Below are positions 30,098 to 41,263 of a stretch of 64,000 nucleotides of DNA, piece after piece. Source of the DNA: Candidatus Tayloriibacteriota bacterium (lineage in GTDB: Bacteria > Patescibacteriota > Minisyncoccia > Phycocordibacterales > PALSA-1337). Under the pieces are notes generated by a model. It was not told the DNA's origin. It saw only the letters and a list, made by a program, of their open reading frames with translations, and did no database searches. Each line of letters begins with the position of its first letter. Position 1 is the first letter of the stretch. The stretch is taken from NCBI GenBank assembly GCA_016215455.1, contig JACRJP010000002.1:87622-151621 (forward strand). The letters are read 5' to 3'. The position numbers and the translations under genes were made by a program.

Positions 30098-31000
30098 TTG
30101 AACTACCCTCGCTCAACAATCAGCCTGAAAAATATTCTATTAATCCTAGGTGCTGTAGTCATCATCGGAGGGTCTCTTATTGTCTCAAAACGAAATACTG
30201 AAAAAAATAAAGCTGCACAACTTACGTATCAAGCACCACTTGTAGCAACTACAAGTCTCATCACCATTGAAGGGGATACTACAAAAGATTGGGAAAAAGA
30301 ACTGATTTCAACCCACACCTATGATCCAAAAAATCCCACAGTAAGTTTTTCAACAAGTACTAATGCCAAGGACAAGAAACTCACTTCAACTGAGATACTC
30401 GCTCGAACTTTGTTTGCAAAATACATGTCACTCAACCAGCTCGGTCTCGGAAAAGATCCTCAGAGTCAGCAGGATAGTATCAACGAAGTTCTTGCAGCAA
30501 GTCTCAAAGATTTTAATCCTCCTGTGTACAGTGATAAACAAATCAAAGTAAGCAGTGACACAAGTACTGATGCTCTAAAAAAATATGGTAACGCAGTTGG
30601 TGAAACTTTTCTTACAAACACTGTCAGTGCACGAAACGAGACTGTAATCTTGAAAGAGGCAGTTGAAAATAACGATCCAAAAGTTTTAGCTGAACTTGAT
30701 CCAACTCTCGCAAGTTATCGAAAGATGCTCGTTGGACTTTTTGCGATACCTGCTCCAAAAAATATGGCAGCAAATCATCTCGCCATGATCAACAACGTAG
30801 CTGGTCTTATTTATCTTATTGAAAATTTTAAAAAAGCTTTTACCGATCCTGTTATGAGTCTACAGGCTGTAGGATACTATCAACAAATAGCTGAAGGTCT
30901 TGGGATATCATTTACTAATATAAGAAATACTCTTATGCAAGGAAATGTTACCTACACAATCACAGAAGGGGGTTCATTCTTTATTGCACCACAAAAATGA
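30098..31000 (+). CDS. Membrane-anchored hypothetical protein (T4SS-like cluster)
   Basis: N-terminal TM helix; first of a run of overlapping or abutting ORFs; TTG start uncertain. Confidence 0.65.
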   Translation: MNYPRSTISLKNILLILGAVVIIGGSLIVSKRNTEKNKAAQLTYQAPLVATTSLITIEGDTTKDWEKELISTHTYDPKNPTVSFSTSTNAKDKKLTSTEILARTLFAKYMSLNQLGLGKDPQSQQDSINEVLAASLKDFNPPVYSDKQIKVSSDTSTDALKKYGNAVGETFLTNTVSARNETVILKEAVENNDPKVLAELDPTLASYRKMLVGLFAIPAPKNMAANHLAMINNVAGLIYLIENFKKAFTDPVMSLQAVGYYQQIAEGLGISFTNIRNTLMQGNVTYTITEGGSFFIAPQK

Positions 31001-32685
31001 AACTAGCTATTTTCAAAAAAATAACTCCTCTTTTCCTTATACTTGCTCTTACTCTTTCAAGTATCTCTCCACTCTTTGTTCCAAAAGAAGCTAAAGCTTT
31101 ATTCGGCTTCGGAGATATCGTTAATGACCCTTGGAACACAATCCAAAATACAATTTCTGCATCAGGAAGTGCCATTCGTACAGGTCTTCAAACAAGTCTC
31201 AACTTAAAGGAATTCACTCTCGATGCAATCGCATATGCCCTTGCAAAACAAATACTCCGTCAGGTTGTAAGTGACACCGTCAATTGGATCAACTCAGGCT
31301 TCGATGGAAACCCTGCTTTCCTTAGTGATCCAGCAGGATTCTTTTTGGGAATAGGGGATGAGATTCTTGGAAAATTCCTTGAGAGTATGGAGCTCACCAA
31401 CTTCCTTTGTTCACCATTTAGTATCGATGTTCGTATTGCTATCGCTTTCCGTTATCGTCCATTCTCAAAACGAGTACCGTCATGTACCCTAAGTCAGGTA
31501 ATTAAAAATAGTGAAAATGCCATTGAAGGAGCAAACATTAACGGTTTCACTGCTGGTGATTTCAAACAAGGAGGCTGGCCTGCATTCGTATCACTCACAA
31601 CAGAACCTCAAAACAATCAGTATGGTGCATTTATCGAAGCAGATAACGAACTTTCGATTCGAATTGGCAACAAAACACTTCTCAAACAAAACGACCTACT
31701 TCAAGGTAAAGGATTCCTATCTTGGGAAAAATGTACCGATATTCCTGTAAGTGCATCATCAAATACCGTAGGGCCTGTAGCGGCAGAGGCGCCAACTTTT
31801 TCTGAACAAGCTGGAATTTTCAATGCAGATGCATACAGCGGCACGGCACCAGCTGTACCGGCAAACTATGTTGAAAAAAATCCAGCAATGGTACCCCAGC
31901 AACACTGCGAAACACAAACTCCTGGATCAGTTATCTCTGGTCAACTCGAAACATCTCTTGGATCTCCAATTCGAGAGTTGGAACTTGCTGATGAAATTAA
32001 CGAAATTGTTAATGCTCTTTTTGCTCAACTCATCAAACAAGTTCTTACAAGTGGTCTTCGGGCTATCACCGGAAGTAGTCCAGGTGATCCTGACTCATAT
32101 ATCACTAAACTTGAAAATGAACGAGTTCAGAGCGACAGCCAACTTCAAACTATCAAGCTTAATATCCTAGAAAGTATTGATCGTTATATTAACCAAGGGG
32201 AAAAATACAAGACTGACAAAGAGACATCTCTGAAATACGGTTTGGATACAAAGAAACAACTCGATGATGTAAAAACTTGCTTCGAGACAAAACTCACTGC
32301 GGTATATACGCCACCACTCCGTGAAGATCAAAAGAATTTTGCAGCAAACAGTATTGCTCGAGCCGAATCAATCATCGTAACAAGTGTTGCTTCAACAACA
32401 ACACACCTTTACAGTGACGTTCTCTTTGCTGACGCACAAATAGCTCGTCTTGCTACAATTAAAGCGACAGTAACACGGGCTACTACAGTCAATGACATCA
32501 GCCCTCTAGCAAATGAGTATAACGGTCTTATAACTACCGGCGCGGTCATTGATGAAAGTGACACTACTCGAGCACAAACACAAATTACATTAGTACAAGA
32601 AGAAATGGATCCAATCCGCCAGACAGCAACTCGGCTTCAGCAGTCATGTAACCTGTTCCCATCAGTTATTACACCAATACCTTAA
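30997..32685 (+). CDS. Exported helical protein (T4SS-like cluster)
   Basis: Signal peptide (..KEAKA|L), several Cys, helical C-terminus; ATGA coupling with the previous gene. Confidence 0.65.
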   Translation: MKLAIFKKITPLFLILALTLSSISPLFVPKEAKALFGFGDIVNDPWNTIQNTISASGSAIRTGLQTSLNLKEFTLDAIAYALAKQILRQVVSDTVNWINSGFDGNPAFLSDPAGFFLGIGDEILGKFLESMELTNFLCSPFSIDVRIAIAFRYRPFSKRVPSCTLSQVIKNSENAIEGANINGFTAGDFKQGGWPAFVSLTTEPQNNQYGAFIEADNELSIRIGNKTLLKQNDLLQGKGFLSWEKCTDIPVSASSNTVGPVAAEAPTFSEQAGIFNADAYSGTAPAVPANYVEKNPAMVPQQHCETQTPGSVISGQLETSLGSPIRELELADEINEIVNALFAQLIKQVLTSGLRAITGSSPGDPDSYITKLENERVQSDSQLQTIKLNILESIDRYINQGEKYKTDKETSLKYGLDTKKQLDDVKTCFETKLTAVYTPPLREDQKNFAANSIARAESIIVTSVASTTTHLYSDVLFADAQIARLATIKATVTRATTVNDISPLANEYNGLITTGAVIDESDTTRAQTQITLVQEEMDPIRQTATRLQQSCNLFPSVITPIP

Positions 32686-32687
32686 TT

Positions 32688-34949
32688 ATGAAGAAAGTAA
32701 TTCTTTACATTCTCATACTCGCAATCTTTATACCGACGACACTCGGGGTCTTTACGCCTAAGACAGCTCAAGCAAGTTGCGTCCCTTCACTTTCAGCAAC
32801 AATCACAGGTGGTTTTAAGATAACAGACTGTATCAATGAAGTTTCAACACTTGTCGTCTTTCCAATAGTAGGAAAGTTTCTTCAAGTAAGTGGTTTCTTA
32901 TTCGGTCTTTCAGTAAAAGCGAACCTAGGTATAGCAAATCTTGTTGATACAACAACAAATGGAGGAAGTGTTATTGGGGAAGTATGGAAAAACATCCGAG
33001 ATCTTTCAAGTATTTTCTTTATCGGAATGCTTTTATATGCATCATTCGCAATGATCCTTGGTGTAAGTGGTCCAAATGTAAATCAACTCATTGTATCAAT
33101 GGTACTTGCAGGACTTCTTATCAACTTTAGTCTATTCGGAACACGACTTATTATCGACGCATCAAACACCGTCTCATTATTGTTTTACAACGCCATAACT
33201 CCAGCGGGAAGTGCGGCAACATACGATGCGAGTTTTGCTGGTGGGTTAGGGGGCGGAATCGGAAGATTTATTGATTCTAAGATTGATGATGGTGGAATCT
33301 CAAACAATATCATGAGTGCTCTTGAGATGCAGACATTATTTGCTTCAGTCAAACAAAAACCAGGACAGTGGGTTCTCCAATCAATCGTTACAATGATCGG
33401 TGGCACCTTCCTCATGATTATTGCTGGTCTAGCATTCCTTGCTGGAGCACTCATGTTTGCTTACCGCCTTGTGATCCTCATTCTCCTCATGGCATTTTCT
33501 CCATTACCTGTCATTGCAATGATTCTTCCACAGACAGGGAAGTACGCAAAAGAATGGACTGATACTCTTATTAGTCAGTGTTTGTTTGCTCCTATCTATC
33601 TATTCCTTATGTATGTTGCGCTCAAGATTGCAACTGATCAAAGACTCATAGCTTTGTTTGGAGCACAACGCAAAACAGGCCTTGCTGATGTTATGAATCT
33701 CAATAATGCAGCAGGTCTCAGTGTTGGTCCTCTTCTTCAATATACAATTGTCATTATGTTGATGTACTACGCTCTCGTTGCTGCAAAATCATACGGTGGA
33801 CACGGTGCAGATATGGGAATTAAATGGATGAAAGGAGTTCAGTCATGGGGACAAGGGTTCGTGGGAAGAAACTTTGTTGCACGCCCAGCTCGAATGGTGG
33901 GAAATCTTTATGATAAAGCTCTCTCTGATCCAAAATCAGGACGCGTTACGAGTGTTCTAGCAAAAATCGGAAAGGTTACTGGGGTTGATCGTGGTATTCG
34001 CGAGACACTCTCTAGTATTGAAAAAGATAAATATGGCAACACAACTCTTGAAGGAGAAGAGAAGGCTGATAAGGCTCGTCTCAAAGATCTTAAAAACTTA
34101 CGAGAAGGTGGTAACCGTACTTCAAAAATCGAAAATGCTCTCAAGGTTCTTAAAAATGGTGGAACGGAAGCAGAACTTGGTAAGGCGCATAGCGATCTAA
34201 AGGATGCTATAAAAACAATGAGTTCTGCTGAATTAAAAGAATTGGACAAAGATACACTTAAAAACGAACACTTTGCAGCACGTCTTTCTTCGTCACAATT
34301 TGAATCTCTCATGAAAAACGACGACATCTCGGAATCTGATAAAAATAAAATCAAAGAGGCTCGTGCAACCGGTGTTACAAAACTCATTAATTCAAAAGGA
34401 ACTGTTACAAAAAAGAATAAGGATGGTAAAGAGGAAACAAACTCTGTTATGGGTCCAAACGAACTTCTCGCAGAAGGGAATATTGATCTTGCAAAACTTA
34501 GTACGGAGAACCTTGAAAAGCTTGCTCCATACCTTAGTCGTGGTAAGTATGAAAACCTCATGAAAGAAAATGATAACCCTGATCGCAACATCAGTGAAGC
34601 TGCAAAAGAAAAAATTACAGCGGCTCGGAAAAAATTCCTTGAAAGTAAAATGTTTGAAAGTGCTCCAGTTGCACCAGATAGTGCTGATGCTGAAGCTGTA
34701 GGACGACTTGTTAAATCAATGAAACCTGACGAGTTGTTCCCAATCATAGGAAATGATCTCGCAAAACTTACAAAACTTGCACCGTATCTACAAAATGATC
34801 ATCTACAGAAGATTGTTAGTGAATTTGATAAAGATACACAATTAGACATTGCCATGAAAATTATAGACCTTGATAAAAATGTTTATAAGAAAGTTCCTGG
34901 AATAGGTTTCGCTCGAAAAGTATGGAATCTATCATCAACACATCCATGA
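32688..34949 (+). CDS. VirB6/TrbL-like polytopic membrane protein with large charged C-terminal domain
   Basis: 6-7 hydrophobic segments (LLINFSLF, RLVILILLMAFSPL..W) followed by a K/E-rich tail; adjacent to virB4. Confidence 0.65.
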   Translation: MKKVILYILILAIFIPTTLGVFTPKTAQASCVPSLSATITGGFKITDCINEVSTLVVFPIVGKFLQVSGFLFGLSVKANLGIANLVDTTTNGGSVIGEVWKNIRDLSSIFFIGMLLYASFAMILGVSGPNVNQLIVSMVLAGLLINFSLFGTRLIIDASNTVSLLFYNAITPAGSAATYDASFAGGLGGGIGRFIDSKIDDGGISNNIMSALEMQTLFASVKQKPGQWVLQSIVTMIGGTFLMIIAGLAFLAGALMFAYRLVILILLMAFSPLPVIAMILPQTGKYAKEWTDTLISQCLFAPIYLFLMYVALKIATDQRLIALFGAQRKTGLADVMNLNNAAGLSVGPLLQYTIVIMLMYYALVAAKSYGGHGADMGIKWMKGVQSWGQGFVGRNFVARPARMVGNLYDKALSDPKSGRVTSVLAKIGKVTGVDRGIRETLSSIEKDKYGNTTLEGEEKADKARLKDLKNLREGGNRTSKIENALKVLKNGGTEAELGKAHSDLKDAIKTMSSAELKELDKDTLKNEHFAARLSSSQFESLMKNDDISESDKNKIKEARATGVTKLINSKGTVTKKNKDGKEETNSVMGPNELLAEGNIDLAKLSTENLEKLAPYLSRGKYENLMKENDNPDRNISEAAKEKITAARKKFLESKMFESAPVAPDSADAEAVGRLVKSMKPDELFPIIGNDLAKLTKLAPYLQNDHLQKIVSEFDKDTQLDIAMKIIDLDKNVYKKVPGIGFARKVWNLSSTHP

Positions 34950-35560
34950 TAAACACAAATATACCTTCAGAAATACTTGATGTTGCAAATTCTGCCGCCT
35001 TATTTGATAAGGTAGAACTTGTCACAAAACCATTTGAACTTCACATCAACCAAGTAGGTGAATTAGACTCTATCGTGCGACAAGCACTGAAAGGTGAAAT
35101 TCCTCGTGAAGAAATCTTGAAATATATTGTCGAGAACCTCGAGGTTGATGATGTTACTGGGAGTAAAATTCTTAAAACAATCAATCTCGAAATATTCCAA
35201 AAACTTCGTGAGCTCATTCTTGAGACTCACAATGAAAAGGAAGGTGGTAATGCTGAAGAAACATTAGCTCAAATCGAAAATACCGTGACGGAACCACTTG
35301 CGACAAAGTTACCTATAAATGTATTAGAAAAAAATACACCTCACGATCTCGCAAAAATTCCTGGCCAAACAGCGCACAATGTTCCTCATGTTGAACAAAC
35401 ACCACCAACACCTCCAATTGTCGAAAAACCTCGAAATCCCTTGCAGGGCCTAACTGCTCCTGTCCATAATCCAATGGAATCAGAGGTTCTTCAACCAAAA
35501 AAATCTCCTAACACACGTGGATACGACACAGTAGACCCATATCGTGAGCCGATTAATTAG
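34946..35560 (+). CDS. Hypothetical protein ending in DPYREP
   Basis: ATGA-coupled to the previous gene; Pro-rich C-terminus. Confidence 0.65.
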   Translation: MINTNIPSEILDVANSAALFDKVELVTKPFELHINQVGELDSIVRQALKGEIPREEILKYIVENLEVDDVTGSKILKTINLEIFQKLRELILETHNEKEGGNAEETLAQIENTVTEPLATKLPINVLEKNTPHDLAKIPGQTAHNVPHVEQTPPTPPIVEKPRNPLQGLTAPVHNPMESEVLQPKKSPNTRGYDTVDPYREPIN

Positions 35561-35628
35561 GGCTGACGATAAGTAATCCCCTAAAGCTCTACAGAAGAGT
35601 AAAATGACAGTGTATACTATAGGTACGT

Positions 35629-36069
35629 ATGCGTTTCCAAGTCCCACAATTTATCGAAGTTGAGGATAAAGTCTTCGGACCACTCACCGTTAAGCAATTC
35701 ATCTATATTGCTGGTGGGGGAGGAGTTTCATTCATTATATGGTCACTTATCCCAGTTCCTCTCGTATTCAAACTAGTTATCATCCTCCCAATTATTGCAT
35801 TCTCATGCGCTTTGGCATTCTATAAGGTAAATAACAAACCCTTTATTAACGTTGTTGAAGCTGCATTCAAATATTTCTTTGCATCAAAGCTCTATATTTG
35901 GAAAAAAGCACCCAAAAAACCAGAAGTAGTAATGGCAGAGAGTCCACAGAAGCTTGTTGATGAATATAAGAGTATACTTGTACCAAAGATATCCGAAAGT
36001 AAACTCAAAGATCTCACATGGAGTCTCGATATTAAGGAAAGTATGTATTCCAACAAAAATCAACGCTAA
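35629..36069 (+). CDS. PrgI-family (VirB3-like) protein
   Basis: FQVPQFIEVEDKVFGPLTVKQF followed by two TM helices. Confidence 0.8.
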   Translation: MRFQVPQFIEVEDKVFGPLTVKQFIYIAGGGGVSFIIWSLIPVPLVFKLVIILPIIAFSCALAFYKVNNKPFINVVEAAFKYFFASKLYIWKKAPKKPEVVMAESPQKLVDEYKSILVPKISESKLKDLTWSLDIKESMYSNKNQR

Positions 36070-36707
36070 TGGCAAAAATATCAGGAACAACTCAAGAATT
36101 TGTACCGATCCGAGAAATACGAGATGGTGTTGTTATCTTGAAAGATGGCTCAATGAGAGCAATCGTTATGGCTTCATCTCTCAACTTTGCTCTCAAATCA
36201 ACAGATGAACAAAACTCTATCATCTATCAGTTTCAGAATTTCATCAACTCTCTTGATTTCTCTGTACAAATCTTTGTGCAATCAAAAAAGCTTGATATAC
36301 GGCCGTATATTAGTCTTCTTGAAGGACGCTATAAGGAGCAGGGTACTGATCTTATGAAGATCCAAACTCGTGAATACATTGAATTCATCAAAACTTTCGT
36401 TGAAAACAGTAATATCATGACAAAAAGCTTCTTTATAGTAATCCCTTATAGTCCTCCTGTTATCAATGACTCTCACAACCCAATCAAAAGTCTCCTCGGA
36501 AACTCATCGAGTGACAAAACAAAGGTGAGTGGCAGTGGATCATTCGATGAAAGTCGAACACAACTTGAACAACGTGTAGGAGTTGTGGAACAAGGTTTAA
36601 CACGCTGTGGAATTCGCGTAGCAGAACTTGGAACAGAGGAAATTGTCGAGCTCTTCTATAAGATATTCAATCCAGGAGACATGGAGAAGCCAATTCAACA
36701 ATCATAA
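36069..36707 (+). CDS. VirB4/TraC N-terminal-like accessory protein
   Basis: Between prgI and virB4; SLNFALKSTDEQ..NSLDFSVQI pattern. Confidence 0.6.
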   Translation: MAKISGTTQEFVPIREIRDGVVILKDGSMRAIVMASSLNFALKSTDEQNSIIYQFQNFINSLDFSVQIFVQSKKLDIRPYISLLEGRYKEQGTDLMKIQTREYIEFIKTFVENSNIMTKSFFIVIPYSPPVINDSHNPIKSLLGNSSSDKTKVSGSGSFDESRTQLEQRVGVVEQGLTRCGIRVAELGTEEIVELFYKIFNPGDMEKPIQQS

Positions 36708-36708
36708 T

Positions 36709-38520
36709 ATGGGAATTTTAAATAAAATTTTTGGCAAAAAACAGGAAGAGGCCGTTGTATCAGTACTTCCACAAGAAATATATGAAGCTGGGGTGCTCGA
36801 ACTTCAGGATGTTATTGCTCCTTCAGCCCTTAAAATAAGTCCAAAAGAACTCAATCTTGGAGAAAAAGTAGCTCGTACTTTCTTTGTGATTTCATACCCA
36901 CGCTACCTTACTGACAGCTGGTTTGCCCCTATCATCAACCTTGATAAGGTTTTTAACATCTCAATCTTCATTCATCCGGTTGAAACAGCTAAGATCCTTC
37001 GACATTTCCAAAAGAAAGTAGCCGAAGTACAAAGCCAAATCAATGAACGTGAATCAAAAGGTCTCGTTCGTGATCCAATGCTCGATACTGCATATCAGGA
37101 TCTTGAACAACTTCGAGACAATCTTCTACAAGCACAAGAAAAGATCTTTGATGTCGGTGTGTACATCACAATATATGGTGATAACGATGGAGAATTGGAT
37201 AAGATAGAATCTGAGGTTAAATCAATCCTCGAAGCAAAACTTGTATACATCAAACCCGCACTCTTCCAACAAGCAGAAGGGTATAAGAGCGTACTACCGA
37301 TCGCTGATGATGAACTCATGGTTCATTCAAAGCTCAACTCAGCCCCACTTTCGAGTCTCTTTCCATTTGTTTCATTTGACCTTACATCAGACAAAGGAAT
37401 TCTCTATGGTATTAATCGTCATAATGCCAGTTTGGTACTCTTTGATCGATTTCTTCTTGAAAACTACAACTCAGTGACATTTGCAAAGGCTGGTTCTGGT
37501 AAATCATATTGTACAAAACTCGAAATTCTTCGAACACTTATGTTCGATACAGAAGTTATCGTGATCGACCCTGAACGCGAATATGAATACATGGCCGAAG
37601 CAACAGGAGGAAAGTACTTCAACATCTCACTTACATCAGAACACCACATCAATCCATTTGATCTTCCTGTACCACGCGAAGACGAAGCTCCATCAGATGT
37701 TCTTCGTTCACATATTGTTAATCTTGTAGGACTCTTCCGTATCATGATGGGAGGTATCAGCCGTGAAGAAGATGCGATTATTGATCGAGCAATTACCGAA
37801 ACATACGCTCTTAAGGATATTACTCCTGAGGCAGACTTTGCAAAGGTGGAACCACCACTCATGTCAGACTTTGAATATGTTCTTGCTGGCATGGAAGGAG
37901 GAGAGTCGCTTGTACAACGCCTTACGAAGTATACGAAGGGTACATGGTCAGGTTTCATCAATCGTCCAACCAACGTTGATATTAATAAAAAGTTCGTGGT
38001 GTTCTCTCTTCGAGATATGGAAGACGAACTCAAGCCAGTAGCAATGTATATTGTTACACACTTCATCTGGAACGCTATTCGTAAAAATCTCAAAAAACGC
38101 CTTCTTGTAATCGACGAGGCATGGTGGATGATGAAATCTGAAGATACGGCTTCATTCCTACTTGGTTTGGCAAAACGAGGTCGTAAATACTATCTTGGAC
38201 TTGCAACGATTACCCAGGACGTTGATGACTTCCTTAAATCTCCATATGGTCTACCTATCATCACCAACTCATCGATTCAGATACTTCTCAAGCAATCTCC
38301 ATCATCAATCGACAATATCCAGAGAACATTTAATCTCACTGATGAGGAAAAATATCTTCTTCTTGAATCAGATGTAGGAGAGGGGATATTCTTCGTGGGA
38401 CTAAAACATGTTGCAATCAAGGTTATTGCTTCATATACCGAAGATCAGATTATAACGACAAATCCTTCGCAAATTCTTGAAATTAAGCGTGCAAAGAAAG
38501 AACTCGAGGCTTCTCAATAA
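36709..38520 (+). CDS. virB4: VirB4-family ATPase
   Basis: Walker A AKAGSGKS, VIVIDPEREY, INPFD, Walker B LLVIDEAW, RGRKY, ITQ. Confidence 0.88.
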   Translation: MGILNKIFGKKQEEAVVSVLPQEIYEAGVLELQDVIAPSALKISPKELNLGEKVARTFFVISYPRYLTDSWFAPIINLDKVFNISIFIHPVETAKILRHFQKKVAEVQSQINERESKGLVRDPMLDTAYQDLEQLRDNLLQAQEKIFDVGVYITIYGDNDGELDKIESEVKSILEAKLVYIKPALFQQAEGYKSVLPIADDELMVHSKLNSAPLSSLFPFVSFDLTSDKGILYGINRHNASLVLFDRFLLENYNSVTFAKAGSGKSYCTKLEILRTLMFDTEVIVIDPEREYEYMAEATGGKYFNISLTSEHHINPFDLPVPREDEAPSDVLRSHIVNLVGLFRIMMGGISREEDAIIDRAITETYALKDITPEADFAKVEPPLMSDFEYVLAGMEGGESLVQRLTKYTKGTWSGFINRPTNVDINKKFVVFSLRDMEDELKPVAMYIVTHFIWNAIRKNLKKRLLVIDEAWWMMKSEDTASFLLGLAKRGRKYYLGLATITQDVDDFLKSPYGLPIITNSSIQILLKQSPSSIDNIQRTFNLTDEEKYLLLESDVGEGIFFVGLKHVAIKVIASYTEDQIITTNPSQILEIKRAKKELEASQ

Positions 38521-38526
38521 AACTCC

Positions 38527-39072
38527 ATGGCACAAAAAGGATCTATGTCAGCAGGAAAGTGGTTCATCCTCTATGTTATTAGTGGTTTTGTTGATCTTCT
38601 CCAAATAATTCTTGATTTTTTTGCTATTGGAATTGTAATCAATAGAGTTATTGATATCTTTTTAGGACTTGGATTACCTATATATCTTCATCTCAATGGA
38701 ATTCCAATGTTCGAGACAAAGAATTTAATGCTCTATATATCTGTATTTATTGGTGAAGAAATTCCTCTTGTTGATGCACTTCCATTATGGACTTTTGAAG
38801 TTTGGCGTATGCATAAGAACTATATAACATCACAATTAACAGAGGCTGTCCCCGCACTTACCCCAACAGCTCAAGCTATGAGTGGTATTAAAAATCCTCA
38901 ACAAACTCCACCTCTTAATAAAGATGGGGTACGCCAGCCACCACAAAGACAACGCGTACAGCAAATTAAGGTCAATACTTCTCAAAAACAACAAGAAGCA
39001 GATATTATATCCCCTGACTTCAATCAAACTTCTGAGAAATCCTCAGATGATGACCTTAAAGAGGCAGCATAG
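38527..39072 (+). CDS. Hypothetical membrane protein
   Basis: Hydrophobic N-terminal half (EEIPLVDALPLWT) and a polar tail. Confidence 0.65.
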   Translation: MAQKGSMSAGKWFILYVISGFVDLLQIILDFFAIGIVINRVIDIFLGLGLPIYLHLNGIPMFETKNLMLYISVFIGEEIPLVDALPLWTFEVWRMHKNYITSQLTEAVPALTPTAQAMSGIKNPQQTPPLNKDGVRQPPQRQRVQQIKVNTSQKQQEADIISPDFNQTSEKSSDDDLKEAA

Positions 39073-39091
39073 TATGCTAAAATAATAGGGT

Positions 39092-40126
39092 ATGCATTCT
39101 CGTACTCTTAGAATTTTGACTGTCTTCTTCATAACCCTTGTTGTTGTAGGGACACTAGCTTCAACCCCACTCACTGTTTCAGCACAACAACCTTATGATT
39201 CTTTTGCCATTGAAACTACACCAACAAATCCAGCACCCGGACAAAGTGTAGTTGTTCAAGTAAAAAGTCTTTCTTCAGACATCGCACACGCTGATATTGC
39301 TTGGTATGAAGGATCGACCTTACTCAAAAGAGGGAATGGTCTCTCACAAATTACCGTCACAGCCCCAAAAAACGGAACTTCTATGAAGATTACCTCTATC
39401 ATTAGGGCGTCTGATGGAAAATCGTCAACACAGACAGTAACTATCCGCTCTGGTGAGGTTGATATGTCATGGGAAGCTCTAACATACACACCACCTCTAT
39501 ATCAGGGTCGTAGTATCTATACAAGTCAATCGAATATTAAAATTGTCGCACTTCCAAATCTTCGTGATAACAACGGTCGTTTAATTTCTCCTGATGATCT
39601 TGTGTACAAATGGAAAAAAGACTCAACAGTACTCGGAAGTCTTTCTGGATATGGAAAACAGAGCCTTACTCTAAAAGGAGACATTGTATCTCGGCCTTTT
39701 ACAATTACCGTAGATGTTGCTTCTCGCGACAATAGTATTAAAGGTCAAGGTTTTATGAATGTCGATGCTGTTGATCCTGAGGTACTACTCTATGAAGAAG
39801 ATCCTTTGTACGGTGTACTCTACAATCGTGCTGTTGGTGAACAGTTTTCATTAAAAAACGAAACAAAACTTACTGCTGAACCATATTATTTTTCTACAAC
39901 AAACAAAAGTGACTCTGCTTTACGTTATACATGGAGTATTAATCGACTTGAACAAAACGATATTCGAGGAACAAATCTTATCCTACGACCAAAAGGGGAT
40001 GTGGAAGGAGTTTCTTTAATTTCTCTTAGAATTGATAACTTACGAGAAATTCTCCAAAGTAGTTCAGCTGAAATTGGGGCATACTTTAGTAAAAAACAAC
40101 AAGAGGAGCTTCCTTTATTTCAATAA
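39092..40126 (+). CDS. Secreted protein with tandem Ig-like domains
   Basis: Signal peptide; repeated Y-x-W beta motifs (IAWY, YKWK, YTWS). Confidence 0.7.
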   Translation: MHSRTLRILTVFFITLVVVGTLASTPLTVSAQQPYDSFAIETTPTNPAPGQSVVVQVKSLSSDIAHADIAWYEGSTLLKRGNGLSQITVTAPKNGTSMKITSIIRASDGKSSTQTVTIRSGEVDMSWEALTYTPPLYQGRSIYTSQSNIKIVALPNLRDNNGRLISPDDLVYKWKKDSTVLGSLSGYGKQSLTLKGDIVSRPFTITVDVASRDNSIKGQGFMNVDAVDPEVLLYEEDPLYGVLYNRAVGEQFSLKNETKLTAEPYYFSTTNKSDSALRYTWSINRLEQNDIRGTNLILRPKGDVEGVSLISLRIDNLREILQSSSAEIGAYFSKKQQEELPLFQ

Positions 40127-40129
40127 AAT

Positions 40130-41263
40130 ATGAAAAAAATACTTTTTATAATCGCAACTCTACTCATACTCACAAATCCTAGTGAAGGAAAAGCTGCTAT
40201 TCAAAGTTATAAACTACTTGAACCTCTTCCTTGTATCGGAACAACACAAGAATGTGTTGGGGGAAGGGTAGAACAAGTAGATCTCAAATCATACGTAGGA
40301 TACATTTTCAAACTTGTAATTGCCTTAGCTGGTGCTATTGCTGTATTTCGCATTACATGGGGAGGCTTTAAATACATGACGACCGACGCTATATTCGGTA
40401 AACAAGAAGGAAAGAAGGAGGTCAAAGACGCAATATATGGCTTAATCATGATACTTGCCTCATATCTTATACTTCGAACAATTGATCCACGGTTGGTAAA
40501 TATTAATACTGAAATTAAACCAATTGAACAAGCTGAGTACATAGACATGAACTCACTTTTTACTGACGTTGAAGAAGCAAGCAAGACTCTCTCAGAGGCA
40601 AATAAAACAGCCGGTGAATTAAGAGCTCAGATTGCAGCACTCAGAGCCCAGGCGGGAACGACAACGGATGAAGATTTAAGCATTCGACTTCGAACGGAAG
40701 CTCTTAATCTTGAACGTAAGGCTGAGAATATAACAGCAAATGCTGTAGCTGATGTAAATTTCGATTTGGCGAGAAAATCATTACAACAAAATACTGAGGT
40801 TTCTCTAAGCACGTCATTTAAAACCGATCTCGAATCAAGAATAAGAGTTATAGAAAAATCAGTACAAACAAACGTTCAACAACTGACTGATCTCGGAGAT
40901 ATTGATGGGGCAGCAAAACTTAAAGACAAAGGCAACTTCTATGTTATGTCAGTACGAGACGAATTAGATTTTACCGAGAAATTTAAAAAGATTGAAGAGA
41001 TAAATAATACCCGAACCACATGGACGACTGGTTTATGGGGTGGGCCGTATCTATACCTACTTGGAAAAGGTGTTGATAAAATTAAAAGTAAAAATGAATC
41101 TATTGTAGTTGCAGGAGATACTTTGATTAGTGAACTTCGAGCAAAAGAATCAAAAGCTCAACAATCAACAGATCCAGCACTGCAACAAGGCTACCTTGAT
41201 AATCTTCATGAACAAATTAAACAAACAGAAGATTTAATTAAACCACTTCGTCCAAATCCATGA
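40130..41263 (+). CDS. TrbC/VirB2-like pilin domain fused to a long helical extension
   Basis: Signal peptide, two TM helices with GGFKYMT..GK..AIYGLI..SYLILRTIDP, then ~250 aa coiled region. Confidence 0.65.
   Translation: MKKILFIIATLLILTNPSEGKAAIQSYKLLEPLPCIGTTQECVGGRVEQVDLKSYVGYIFKLVIALAGAIAVFRITWGGFKYMTTDAIFGKQEGKKEVKDAIYGLIMILASYLILRTIDPRLVNINTEIKPIEQAEYIDMNSLFTDVEEASKTLSEANKTAGELRAQIAALRAQAGTTTDEDLSIRLRTEALNLERKAENITANAVADVNFDLARKSLQQNTEVSLSTSFKTDLESRIRVIEKSVQTNVQQLTDLGDIDGAAKLKDKGNFYVMSVRDELDFTEKFKKIEEINNTRTTWTTGLWGGPYLYLLGKGVDKIKSKNESIVVAGDTLISELRAKESKAQQSTDPALQQGYLDNLHEQIKQTEDLIKPLRPNP

Noticed and set aside
33908-34747. 279-aa antisense ORF (also 37464-38093 and many smaller shadow ORFs)
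   Set aside because: Antisense or out-of-frame shadows of well-supported genes.
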